Shown here: one piece after another, positions 8,989-17,070 of the stretch
How the letters are laid out: each line of letters opens with the position of its first letter
How positions within the stretch are numbered: the first letter of the stretch is position 1
Source: Patescibacteria group bacterium
Lineage (GTDB): Bacteria; Patescibacteriota; Patescibacteriia; UBA2591; JAQUPP01
Direction of reading: 5' to 3'
DNA: 64,000 bases
Assembly: GCA_028716665.1 (NCBI GenBank)
Contig: JAQUPP010000002.1
Span: forward strand, 139,717 to 203,716
Program-made: the position numbers and the translations under genes
Notes under the pieces: generated by a model
Databases searched by the model: none
Seen by the model: only the letters and a program-made list of their open reading frames with translations
What the model was told of the DNA's origin: nothing

Positions 8989-9026
8989 CTTCTTAGCTTG
9001 TAGCTTTTTAGCTTCTTAGGATTAAT

Positions 9027-9434
9027 ATGATTATAGAAATCAATAAATTAATAAAATTTAATCTCAGCAAGAATTTTATTAAATTGATTTTGAAAAGAAT
9101 TTTGAAGGAAACCGCCAAGAAAATTCCAAAAATAAAAAATATCGATTCTTTCTCCGTTGTTTTTACAAACGAAAAAACGATTCAGGCGATTAATAAAAAA
9201 TATCGCAAAATCAATAAAGCCACTGACGTTCTGTCTTTCAGCGATCCGGCCGAAATTATAATTTGCTGGTCTCAGCTCAAAAAGCAGGCGAAAGAATTCA
9301 AGCACACTCAAATTGAAGAATTGAAAATTTTATTGGTTCACAGTGTTCTGCATATTTTGGGACACGACCATCGTTTTGAAAAAGAAAAAAATAAAATGGA
9401 CAAACTCGCTAATCAAATACTTAGAGTAATATAA
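9027..9434 (+). CDS. ybeY: rRNA maturation endoribonuclease YbeY
   Basis: HSVLHILGHDH zinc-binding H-x3-H-x5-H motif. Confidence 0.85.
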   Translation: MIIEINKLIKFNLSKNFIKLILKRILKETAKKIPKIKNIDSFSVVFTNEKTIQAINKKYRKINKATDVLSFSDPAEIIICWSQLKKQAKEFKHTQIEELKILLVHSVLHILGHDHRFEKEKNKMDKLANQILRVI

Positions 9435-9586
9435 GACTTCGTAAGTTGGCGGACGCGAATTGCCGTGAAAATTTATAGTTATTAGTTAATGGTTTTTAGT
9501 CTTGGTTTATTGGTTGCCGGTTTCTAACTGACAACTGAATAACTATAACCAATAACTATGAACTAAAAACTATTATAAATACGCAT

Positions 9587-9946
9587 ATGTTTTTCAATCG
9601 TTTAATTAAAAGTTTCATCAATGCTTTTCGGGGGATAGGGTATACCTTTCGCCACGAAGTCAGCTTCAGAATTCAGATTATTTTTGCAATTGTTGTTTTA
9701 ATCGGCGCTTTTTATTTGCCTTTGAGAACTCTGGAAAGAGTGGTGATTATCTTATTAGTGGCGATGGTTTTAATTTTGGAACTGGCCAATTCGGTATTGG
9801 AAAGAGTGGTTGATTTATTTCAACCGAAAATAGATTATATCGCCAAAGCGGTTAAAGATATTATGGCCGCCGCGGTTTTTGTGGCCGCCTTGGCTTCGGT
9901 CGTGGTGGGACTAATTATCTTCGTACCATATCTTCTTAAAATTTAA
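9587..9946 (+). CDS. dgkA: Diacylglycerol/undecaprenol kinase (DgkA family)
   Basis: Three TM helices, conserved EL.NS.LE region (LILELANSVLERVVD). Confidence 0.75.
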   Translation: MFFNRLIKSFINAFRGIGYTFRHEVSFRIQIIFAIVVLIGAFYLPLRTLERVVIILLVAMVLILELANSVLERVVDLFQPKIDYIAKAVKDIMAAAVFVAALASVVVGLIIFVPYLLKI

Positions 9947-9999
9947 ACATTAAAAATTTGTTTAGAAATTAAAAATTAGAAATTAGAAATTTAAATCAT

Positions 10000-11220
10000 A
10001 TGTCTTCCAAAGAAATAATTACAGGAATTGACCTCGGGTCAAAATCAATAAAAATCGCCGTTGGGCAAGAAGTTGCCGGTGAGTTGAATATTATCGGCTT
10101 GGCCGAAGAACCATCGGAAGGAATTTCAAAAGGAATGATTATCAGCATTGAAGATACCATTTCTTCTCTTTCTTCTTGTCTTGAAAAAATTGATAAAATG
10201 ATAAGCATGCAAATAGAGCATGCTTATATCGGTATTTCCGGCTCGCATATTATTTCGCAAGAAAGCAAGGGCGTGATAGCCATTTCCCGAGCTGACGGAG
10301 AAATAAAAGACGATGATGTCAGAAGAGTTTTGGAAGCGGCTCAAACCGTGGTTACGCCGCCGAATTATGAATTCATTCACAGCATCCCGAGAAGTTTTAC
10401 GGTTGATAATCAGCCCGGAATCATAGATCCGATCGGTATGACCGGCGTGCGCTTGGAAGTGGAATCGCAAATTATTTTAGGCCTTTCAAATCAAATTAAA
10501 AATTTAACAAAATGTTTTTATCGCGTCGGCGTTAACATTGATGACAAAATTTTATCGGTTTTGGCCGCCGCGGAAACAGTGCTTTCCAGAAGACAGAAAG
10601 ATTTCGGCGTGGCCGTGGTCAATTTGGGACACACCACCACCAGCTTGGTTGTTTTTGAAGAAGGAGATATTTTATTGGCAAAAGTGTTGCCCATTGGCGC
10701 CCGCCATATTACCGGCGATATTTCTCTCGGTTTGAAAATTCCTCTTGATTTGGCCGAGGCGATTAAATTAAGATATGGAACAACTTTGCCCGACAAAGTG
10801 GACAAGCATGAACAAATCAATTTGAAAGATTTGGATGAAAATGAAGAAGGCCTGGTTTCCAGAAAAGAAGTGGCGAAAATCATTGAAGCAAGATGCGAAG
10901 AAATTTTTGAAATAGTTGATAAAGAATTAATGACCGTGGCCAGAAGCGGCAAATTGCCGGCCGGCGTGGTCTTGATCGGCGGGGGATCAAAATTGGACGG
11001 ATTGGTGGAAACGGCTAAAAATGTTTTCAAAACTCCGGCTTCAATCGGCGTGTCTCAAGGATTCACGAGCGGAATCAATAAATCTTACGACCCGATTTTT
11101 TCCACAGCCGTGGGTTTGGTTTTATACGGACCGAAAAACAGCATCAGGAACACAAAAGTTCTCAAGAATGAAACTTTTTCAAAAATAAAAAAAATGTTTA
11201 AAATGCTTAATCCGCTTTAA
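10000..11220 (+). CDS. ftsA: Cell division protein FtsA
   Basis: Actin-like ATPase fold motifs (GIDLGSKSIKIAVG, VVNLGHTTTSLVVF, LIGGGSKL); upstream of ftsZ. Confidence 0.9.
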   Translation: MSSKEIITGIDLGSKSIKIAVGQEVAGELNIIGLAEEPSEGISKGMIISIEDTISSLSSCLEKIDKMISMQIEHAYIGISGSHIISQESKGVIAISRADGEIKDDDVRRVLEAAQTVVTPPNYEFIHSIPRSFTVDNQPGIIDPIGMTGVRLEVESQIILGLSNQIKNLTKCFYRVGVNIDDKILSVLAAAETVLSRRQKDFGVAVVNLGHTTTSLVVFEEGDILLAKVLPIGARHITGDISLGLKIPLDLAEAIKLRYGTTLPDKVDKHEQINLKDLDENEEGLVSRKEVAKIIEARCEEIFEIVDKELMTVARSGKLPAGVVLIGGGSKLDGLVETAKNVFKTPASIGVSQGFTSGINKSYDPIFSTAVGLVLYGPKNSIRNTKVLKNETFSKIKKMFKMLNPL

Positions 11221-11223
11221 ACT

Positions 11224-12396
11224 ATGGCTCAATCCAAAAATCAGTCGTCAAAGTTGGCGGTAAAAATAAAAGTTATTGGCATCGGCGGGGCGGGTGGAGC
11301 GACTATCGGCAGGCTGATTAAAGCTAAAATAAACAATATTGAATACGTCGCCATCAATACTGATTTTAAATCTCTGGATTCAATCAAGGGAAAAGTTCAA
11401 AAAATAAAAATAGGAAAAAAAATCACCAAAGGATTGGGAACGGGAATGAATTTGGAACTGGGCAGAATGGCTATTGAAGAAAGCATCAATGACGTGAAAA
11501 AATCTTTAAACAACGCTGACTTGATTTTTATCGTTTCCGGATTGGGCGGGGGAACGGGCAGCGTGGTAACGCCCATTGTGGCGGAATTGGCGAAAAAAAA
11601 TGGAGCTCTTGTTATCGGCGTAATGACTACGCCTTTTATTTTTGAAGGAGCTCAACGCAAGCATATTGCCGATGAAGCTCTTAAAAAAATAATTCATCGA
11701 GTTGACGCGATGGTTACCATTCCGAACAGCCGGCTTTTGCAGACCATTGATAAATCAACTCCTTTATTGGAAGCGTTTAATATTTCCAGCGAAATTTTAA
11801 AACAGGCGATAGAAGGAATTTATAATATTCTTAATTTGCCCGGTTTGATTAACATAGATTTTGTTGAAGTCAAAACGGTTATTGAAAACGCCGGAGAAAC
11901 AATACTCGGCATGGGCACGGCCGAAGGAGAGGACAGAGCCAGGCAAGCCGCAAAATTGGCCTTGGAAAATCCTTTAATAGATATTTCCATCAAGGGAGCG
12001 AAAAAAGTTCTTTGCACCATCAGCGGCGGACCGGATTTAACCATGAATGAAGTTTATGAAATCACTCAAGAAATCACCAATCAAATCGGAAAAGAGGCGC
12101 AAATTATTTTCGGCGCCGTAACAGATGATAATTTAAAAAATAAAGTTAAGGTGACGATTGTCGCCACGGGTTTCAGCCAATTGCATTCTTATACGCCAAT
12201 TTTTGAGCCGTTCCACAAAAAAGAATTTACCGAAACTCCACTGCCTCAAAAATCTTCAATTAAAGAAGAAAAAAAAGAAATATTGAAAATAGAACCGATT
12301 TCAAAACAGGAATATAAATCAAAGTTTCAAAACAACAGCGAATTGTCGGAAGATGAATTGGAAATTCCCGCGTATTTGAGAAAGAAAAAGATGTAA
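11224..12396 (+). CDS. ftsZ: Cell division GTPase FtsZ
   Basis: Tubulin signature GGGTGSVVTPIVAELAKK; C-terminal conserved tail EIPAYLRKKKM. Confidence 0.95.
   Translation: MAQSKNQSSKLAVKIKVIGIGGAGGATIGRLIKAKINNIEYVAINTDFKSLDSIKGKVQKIKIGKKITKGLGTGMNLELGRMAIEESINDVKKSLNNADLIFIVSGLGGGTGSVVTPIVAELAKKNGALVIGVMTTPFIFEGAQRKHIADEALKKIIHRVDAMVTIPNSRLLQTIDKSTPLLEAFNISSEILKQAIEGIYNILNLPGLINIDFVEVKTVIENAGETILGMGTAEGEDRARQAAKLALENPLIDISIKGAKKVLCTISGGPDLTMNEVYEITQEITNQIGKEAQIIFGAVTDDNLKNKVKVTIVATGFSQLHSYTPIFEPFHKKEFTETPLPQKSSIKEEKKEILKIEPISKQEYKSKFQNNSELSEDELEIPAYLRKKKM
12331..12396 (+). repeat. Direct repeat copy 1 (authentic ftsZ 3' end, 66 nt)
   Basis: Sequence aacaacagcgaattgtcggaagatgaattggaaattcccgcgtatttgagaaagaaaaagatgtaa recurs at 13391, 14847, 16866. 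Confidence 0.9.
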
Positions 12397-12418
12397 TTTA
12401 AGGTGAAATTATAGTCAA

Positions 12419-12490
12419 AACCGTGAAAATCCGTGTTTTTTACCAGTTTTTCACGGTTATCTTGACAAAACCGTGAAAAAAGTGTATAAT
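12419..12490 (+). promoter_or_regulatory. Sigma-70-like promoter (TTGACA-17-TATAAT at 12462-12490) overlapped by three AACCGTGAAAA operator-like repeats (two inverted, one direct)
   Basis: Hexamers and spacing read directly; aaccgtgaaaa at 12419 and 12469, ttttcacggtt at 12448. Confidence 0.6.
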
Positions 12491-12498
12491 AGTAGTAT

Positions 12499-13386
12499 AT
12501 GACAAAAATACTTAATGTTTTCAATAATATAAATTCTCTTCGTGAGAGATACTATAAAGCGTCTATAGGCAAGCAGGCGCTTATTAAACTTATCGCCGAA
12601 ACCGAAGTCGCCGAACAGGTTTATAACTCAAACGCCATTGAAAACAGCACGCTTACTTTCGAAGAAACCGAAAAAATACTTCTTCAAATTGATTTGGACA
12701 GATTTATTACCGAACGAGAAATTTTTGAAGCAAAGAATTTGGCAAAAGTTGTATCCTATATAGACAAAAAAGCCAAAGAACAAGAACTTACACTTGAAGT
12801 AATTTTATCACTTCATAAAATGTTAATTTCAAATATCCGCGATGATGTCGCCGGAAGATTTAGAAAAGACAATGAATTTGTGCGTGTTGGAAACCATATA
12901 GCCCCGAATCCAAAAGAAGTAGTGGATCGCCTTGAAAAAATGTTGGCGGAATATAATGCCGCAAGCCATGAGAATATTATTAAGCGCATAGCGAAATTGC
13001 ATCTTGCTTTTGAATATACCCATCCGTTTATTGACGGCAATGGCCGCATTGGACGCGTTATTAACAATTATTTACTGATACGAGAAGGATTCGTCCCGAT
13101 AAATATAAAATTTATTGACAGGAAAAAATATTATGAAGCATTTAAAGAATTTGACGAAAAAGGCGCGACGGCTGTTATGGAAGAAATAGTGGGTAGGGCG
13201 CTTACTAATAGTTATCACAAACGATTGGCATATTTGGAAGGTAAAAAAATTATCACTCTGGCTGACTATGCTAAAAATAATAAACTTTCGCATTCAAATC
13301 TTATAAATAAAGCGGTTCGTCAAACAATTGAAGCTTTCTTGGAAAAGAATGTCTGGAAGATCGGCGTTAATAATACTAAAAAATAA
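12499..13386 (+). CDS. Class II Fic-family protein (AMPylator-like) with N-terminal inhibitory motif
   Basis: HPFIDGNGRIGR canonical Fic motif; SNAIEN matches (S/T)xxxE(G/N) inhibitory helix. Confidence 0.85.
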   Translation: MTKILNVFNNINSLRERYYKASIGKQALIKLIAETEVAEQVYNSNAIENSTLTFEETEKILLQIDLDRFITEREIFEAKNLAKVVSYIDKKAKEQELTLEVILSLHKMLISNIRDDVAGRFRKDNEFVRVGNHIAPNPKEVVDRLEKMLAEYNAASHENIIKRIAKLHLAFEYTHPFIDGNGRIGRVINNYLLIREGFVPINIKFIDRKKYYEAFKEFDEKGATAVMEEIVGRALTNSYHKRLAYLEGKKIITLADYAKNNKLSHSNLINKAVRQTIEAFLEKNVWKIGVNNTKK

Positions 13387-13390
13387 TATA

Positions 13391-13456
13391 AACAACAGCG
13401 AATTGTCGGAAGATGAATTGGAAATTCCCGCGTATTTGAGAAAGAGAAAGATGTAA
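13391..13456 (+). repeat. Direct repeat copy 2 of ftsZ 3' end (66 nt, 1 mismatch)
   Basis: Sequence identity to 12331-12396. Confidence 0.9.
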
Positions 13457-13667
13457 AATGAAAAAGCCCCCGATAGAGACGGAACTCTATAAGGGTCTTC
13501 TTCGTGGTGATATAATCATCTTATCAAATATAAAATTTTTGTCAAAACATTTATTGTGAATAAATTTCAAAATTTTTAGAAATAGTGAGTAGTATGTTGG
13601 AGTAAAATTTGATATAATTAAAAATTAACAGTTAATACTTGAACAGTAATAACTAACCAAAAAAATA

Positions 13668-13925
13668 ATGTACTCAATTATAGAAACAATCAAACAGGCT
13701 GCCAGTAAAAGAAAGATTTTAAAGATTATTTATCGTGAGAAAGATGGTACAAGCGAGGGGTGGCGATATATAGAACCCTATAGTTTCAGTCATGATGATG
13801 GCGAAGACGGTCTTTTTGCTTGGGATATTAGTAAAGGTGGCATCAGGAGATTTTCATTTGATAGAATTAATGATATTCAACTCACTGATGAAACATATAA
13901 TCCGCGTTATGGGATAGAAATTTAA
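13668..13925 (+). CDS. Stand-alone WYL-domain-like small protein
   Basis: KILKIIYREKDG..RYIEPYSF...GLFAWD...GIRRFSFDRI matches WYL domain consensus (iiY..g..R.veP..l.....wyL.aw....g.R.FrldRI). Confidence 0.55.
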   Translation: MYSIIETIKQAASKRKILKIIYREKDGTSEGWRYIEPYSFSHDDGEDGLFAWDISKGGIRRFSFDRINDIQLTDETYNPRYGIEI

Positions 13926-13926
13926 T

Positions 13927-14727
13927 ATGGAAAATAAAAAATTTAAATTAAAAATAAAAAAAAGAACTTTACTTATTATTGATTGGGCAAACGTTTGGGG
14001 TTGGTCAAAAACTTTAAAATGGGAAGTATGCCCTCAAAAATTATTTAAATTTTTTGATAGACCAAAAATTATTGATAAAAGATTTTATTATGGAGTAGAA
14101 AAGGGTCAGCCAAAATCAGAAAATTTTGAATTAGAAATTAAAAACATCGGATTTACTCCTATTTTTAAAGAAGTTAAATGGATACCAGTTTTGCTGGAAG
14201 AACAGTCTCATTTTAAGAAAATTGTTAAAGATTTATTTAATGTATTAGATAATGTGAAAAATACAAATTCTAATATTTCAAATAAACTTTATGAGTTGAT
14301 TAAAAAAATCAATGATTTGTCTGAAACAAGCGTTGGTAACAACAAGGAATCTTTTAACTTGTCTAGTGAGAAAAGTTTAAAGGAAATATTTGACTTAATT
14401 GAAGAATTGGATATTGATTTGAAAAATTTGAATATTGAAATAGGCGGGCTTCAAGAAAATTTAAAATTGCCGGTTCGAAGGCGGAAATGTGATTTTGATG
14501 TAGAAATAACTAGAGATGCTTTGAATGCTCAAGATAATTATGATACATTATTGTTATTTAGTGGGGATGGTGATTATTCTGCCTTAACAGCGGATTTAAT
14601 TGCAAAAGGTAAAAAGGTAATTTTAGTTTTTGCTTCTGATCATTTAGGGAAGGAATATCGAGAGATAAAGAGTAATCTTTTTTATGCTTGTTTAATTGAT
14701 AATTTAAGAGATATTTTACAAAAATAA
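13927..14727 (+). CDS. NYN/LabA-like (PIN-fold) predicted ribonuclease with central coiled-coil insert
   Basis: N-terminal LLIIDWANV and C-terminal LLLFSGDGDYSALTADLIAKGKKVILVFA match NYN/LabA core. Confidence 0.55.
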   Translation: MENKKFKLKIKKRTLLIIDWANVWGWSKTLKWEVCPQKLFKFFDRPKIIDKRFYYGVEKGQPKSENFELEIKNIGFTPIFKEVKWIPVLLEEQSHFKKIVKDLFNVLDNVKNTNSNISNKLYELIKKINDLSETSVGNNKESFNLSSEKSLKEIFDLIEELDIDLKNLNIEIGGLQENLKLPVRRRKCDFDVEITRDALNAQDNYDTLLLFSGDGDYSALTADLIAKGKKVILVFASDHLGKEYREIKSNLFYACLIDNLRDILQK

Positions 14728-14728
14728 A

Positions 14729-14757
14729 TCCGAGGAAGTAATTCCTCGGATTTATGT
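14729..14757 (+). terminator. Hairpin terminator after NYN gene (ccgagga-agtaatt-cctcgg + T)
   Basis: Inverted repeat read directly. Confidence 0.5.
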
Positions 14758-14846
14758 GTATCTCAATGAATAAATTCATTGAGCGCGATTAATTAAAATA
14801 TAGCATATAATGTTAAAATTACAATAGGCCATTGTGGATAACCTCA

Positions 14847-14910
14847 AACAGCGAATTGTCGGAAGATGAATTGGAAATTCCCGCGTATTTGAGAAAGAAA
14901 AAGGGGTAAT
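14847..14910 (+). repeat. Direct repeat copy 3 of ftsZ 3' end (~64 nt; gatg->gggg change)
   Basis: Sequence identity to 12333-12396. Confidence 0.85.
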
Positions 14911-14983
14911 TTATCTTGCACTATTCCTTAAATAAACCGCGATAGAACAATAGAAGGGGAATAAATTAATTATAATATAAAAT

Positions 14984-15241
14984 ATGAGCCTAACAAATAG
15001 AATAAGTGATGGGTGGCTTCGCTTATTAATAACAATTTGCTATACAATTATTTCTTTATTTTTTCTATATAAAGGAGTTGATTTAATAAAAATAGGAGCA
15101 AGAGGAGAATGGAGGGTTGTTGCTGATTTTAAAGATATACCACTTTATATAACAAGTATTTCCCCTGGTGTATTAGTAATTTTAGCTGGCATGCTGATAA
15201 TGTGTTGGGGCCTGCCAACAACTATAAAGAATTTAAAATAA
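14984..15241 (+). CDS. Small two-TM membrane protein, unknown function
   Basis: Two hydrophobic helices; no recognisable motif. Confidence 0.4.
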   Translation: MSLTNRISDGWLRLLITICYTIISLFFLYKGVDLIKIGARGEWRVVADFKDIPLYITSISPGVLVILAGMLIMCWGLPTTIKNLK

Positions 15242-15394
15242 ATATGGCCCGAATAAGATACAAAAATCCAATTGAATATAAAGGGTTATAGGCGGGGAAA
15301 ATTTTATGACAAGAAGATACCTATTAATGAGTCCACGAAGAGAAATTTTAATATATGATGAAAAAAATTAAAAACTAATTTAATCGTCAGTCAT

Positions 15395-15883
15395 ATGCAT
15401 GCAAAAATTTTAAATCAAGATGCCGATACTTATTACAATGAAGGAATAGGCTTAGAAAAATTGGGACACTACGAAGAAGCAATAGAAATGTATGACCAAG
15501 CAATTAAAATTAATCCTCGATTTGACGCCGCCTATTACAGTAAAGGAAGGACCTTAAATGAATTAGGGAATTACAGAGAAGCGATAAAAATGTTTGATCA
15601 GGCAATTAAAATTGCCCCTCAATTTGCCTGGATTTATAATAAAGGATATCAAGAAGTGATAGAAAGATCCTGTCAGGCAATCAAATTTAGAGGAAGTGAC
15701 TTAAATGAATTAGGGAATTACAGAGAAGCGATAAAAATGTTTGATCAGGCAATTAAAATTGATCCTCAGAATGCCGATGTTTATATTAGAAAAGGATATG
15801 CCTTAGATAAATTAGGTAATCATAGAGAAGCGATAAAAATGTATAAAAAGGCACTTAAAATTGATCCTCATTTTGGAGAATAA
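15395..15883 (+). CDS. TPR-repeat protein (contains two nucleotide-identical internal repeats)
   Basis: Repeated YxEAIKMxDQAIKIxP TPR-like units; DLNELGNYREAIKMFDQAIKI duplicated. Confidence 0.65.
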   Translation: MHAKILNQDADTYYNEGIGLEKLGHYEEAIEMYDQAIKINPRFDAAYYSKGRTLNELGNYREAIKMFDQAIKIAPQFAWIYNKGYQEVIERSCQAIKFRGSDLNELGNYREAIKMFDQAIKIDPQNADVYIRKGYALDKLGNHREAIKMYKKALKIDPHFGE

Positions 15884-15947
15884 ATAATTGAATAAAAATA
15901 ATGAATAGTGACTACGATGATTTAATTAAATTAAAGTAAATGAATCT

Positions 15948-16844
15948 ATGGAAGAAAAATTAAAAAAACGATTTACTTTTAAACTTTGGAGTCGCGAAAG
16001 AGATTTAAAAACTTTAAAATATATTGCTATATTTATAGTTGTTTTCGCTTCAATCATAATAATCTTGGATGCGATTGACTATCAGTTTGGCTCCAATGAA
16101 GATAACTCAGCTAATGAACCTACTGAGCAAAAAGTGGAAGAAAATAATTGCAATGTGTCGGGCATTCAATTGCATGGGGAATTTGTGACTTATATTCCAT
16201 CAAATAATTTTGATAAAGACGGAAATGTTTTGGAAGATCAAACCTCTTCTGACAATATTGTTTATTACATCAATGAAGCAGAAAAAAATGAAAGTATTAA
16301 AGCTATCATTTTAGAAATTGATTCTTACGGCGGTTCAGGAGTAGCCGCGGAAGAAATCAGTAATGCTTTAAAAAATGCTAAAAAGCCAACAGTTGCTTTA
16401 ATTAGAGATATTGGAGCCTCGGCTGCTTATTTTGCGGCAACCGGTACAGACAGAATTTTTGCTTCTAAAAATTCTAACGTTGGCAGCATAGGAGTTACCA
16501 TGTCTTATCTAGACTATACTCAACAAAATCAAAAAGAGGGAGTGACTTATATTCCGCTTAGTTCAGGAAAATTCAAAGATACCGGCGACCCGGATAGGGC
16601 ACTCTCACAAGAAGAAAAAGACCTTTTAATGCGTGACGTCAATATCCAATATCAAAATTTCATAAAATCAGTAGCGGAAAATAGAAATTTAGATATTAAA
16701 AAAGTGGCAGAATTAGCTGATGGTTCAACTATGCTTGGAGAAATGGCACTTCAAAACGGATTAATTGATCAAATCGGCGGGATAGAGGAGGTTAAAGAAT
16801 ATCTAAAAGAAAAAATCGGAGAAGACGTGGATATTTGTTGGTAA
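15948..16844 (+). CDS. SppA-like signal peptide peptidase (S49 family), N-terminal TM anchor
   Basis: IDSYGGSGVAAEEI, GASAAYFAA (Ser nucleophile context), SIGV motifs of S49/ClpP-fold peptidases. Confidence 0.7.
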   Translation: MEEKLKKRFTFKLWSRERDLKTLKYIAIFIVVFASIIIILDAIDYQFGSNEDNSANEPTEQKVEENNCNVSGIQLHGEFVTYIPSNNFDKDGNVLEDQTSSDNIVYYINEAEKNESIKAIILEIDSYGGSGVAAEEISNALKNAKKPTVALIRDIGASAAYFAATGTDRIFASKNSNVGSIGVTMSYLDYTQQNQKEGVTYIPLSSGKFKDTGDPDRALSQEEKDLLMRDVNIQYQNFIKSVAENRNLDIKKVAELADGSTMLGEMALQNGLIDQIGGIEEVKEYLKEKIGEDVDICW

Positions 16845-16865
16845 ATAATTTTATTTAAGAAAAAA

Positions 16866-16899
16866 TAATTCCCGCGTATTTGAGAAAGAAAAAGATGTA
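16866..16899 (+). repeat. Direct repeat copy 4 (partial, 34 nt) of ftsZ 3' end
   Basis: aattcccgcgtatttgagaaagaaaaagatgtag. Confidence 0.8.
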
Positions 16900-17070
16900 G
16901 TTTATTCCCTACCGGATTGACAATTTTTTATCGCTCAAATTCTAGCAGTTTGAATTAAAATTTTGCATAAGTTTTCAAAATATATTATTTTTTAAATGAT
17001 GATGAATATAAATGGATTATTGCACAATTTAATGAATAAGTGAGTTAAGAAATATAAGGTTCAAAATAGT

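Noticed and set aside
10518-11030. 170-aa minus-strand ORF antisense to ftsA
   Set aside because: It is entirely embedded antisense within a strongly supported ftsA CDS and has no recognisable motif or independent start context.
15395-15883. Tandem DNA repeats that could be mistaken for a CRISPR array
   Set aside because: The repeats (encoding DLNELGNYREAIKMFDQAIKI) lie in frame within a TPR-repeat ORF with variable-length, coding spacers. No cas genes and no regular repeat-spacer periodicity occur anywhere in the window.
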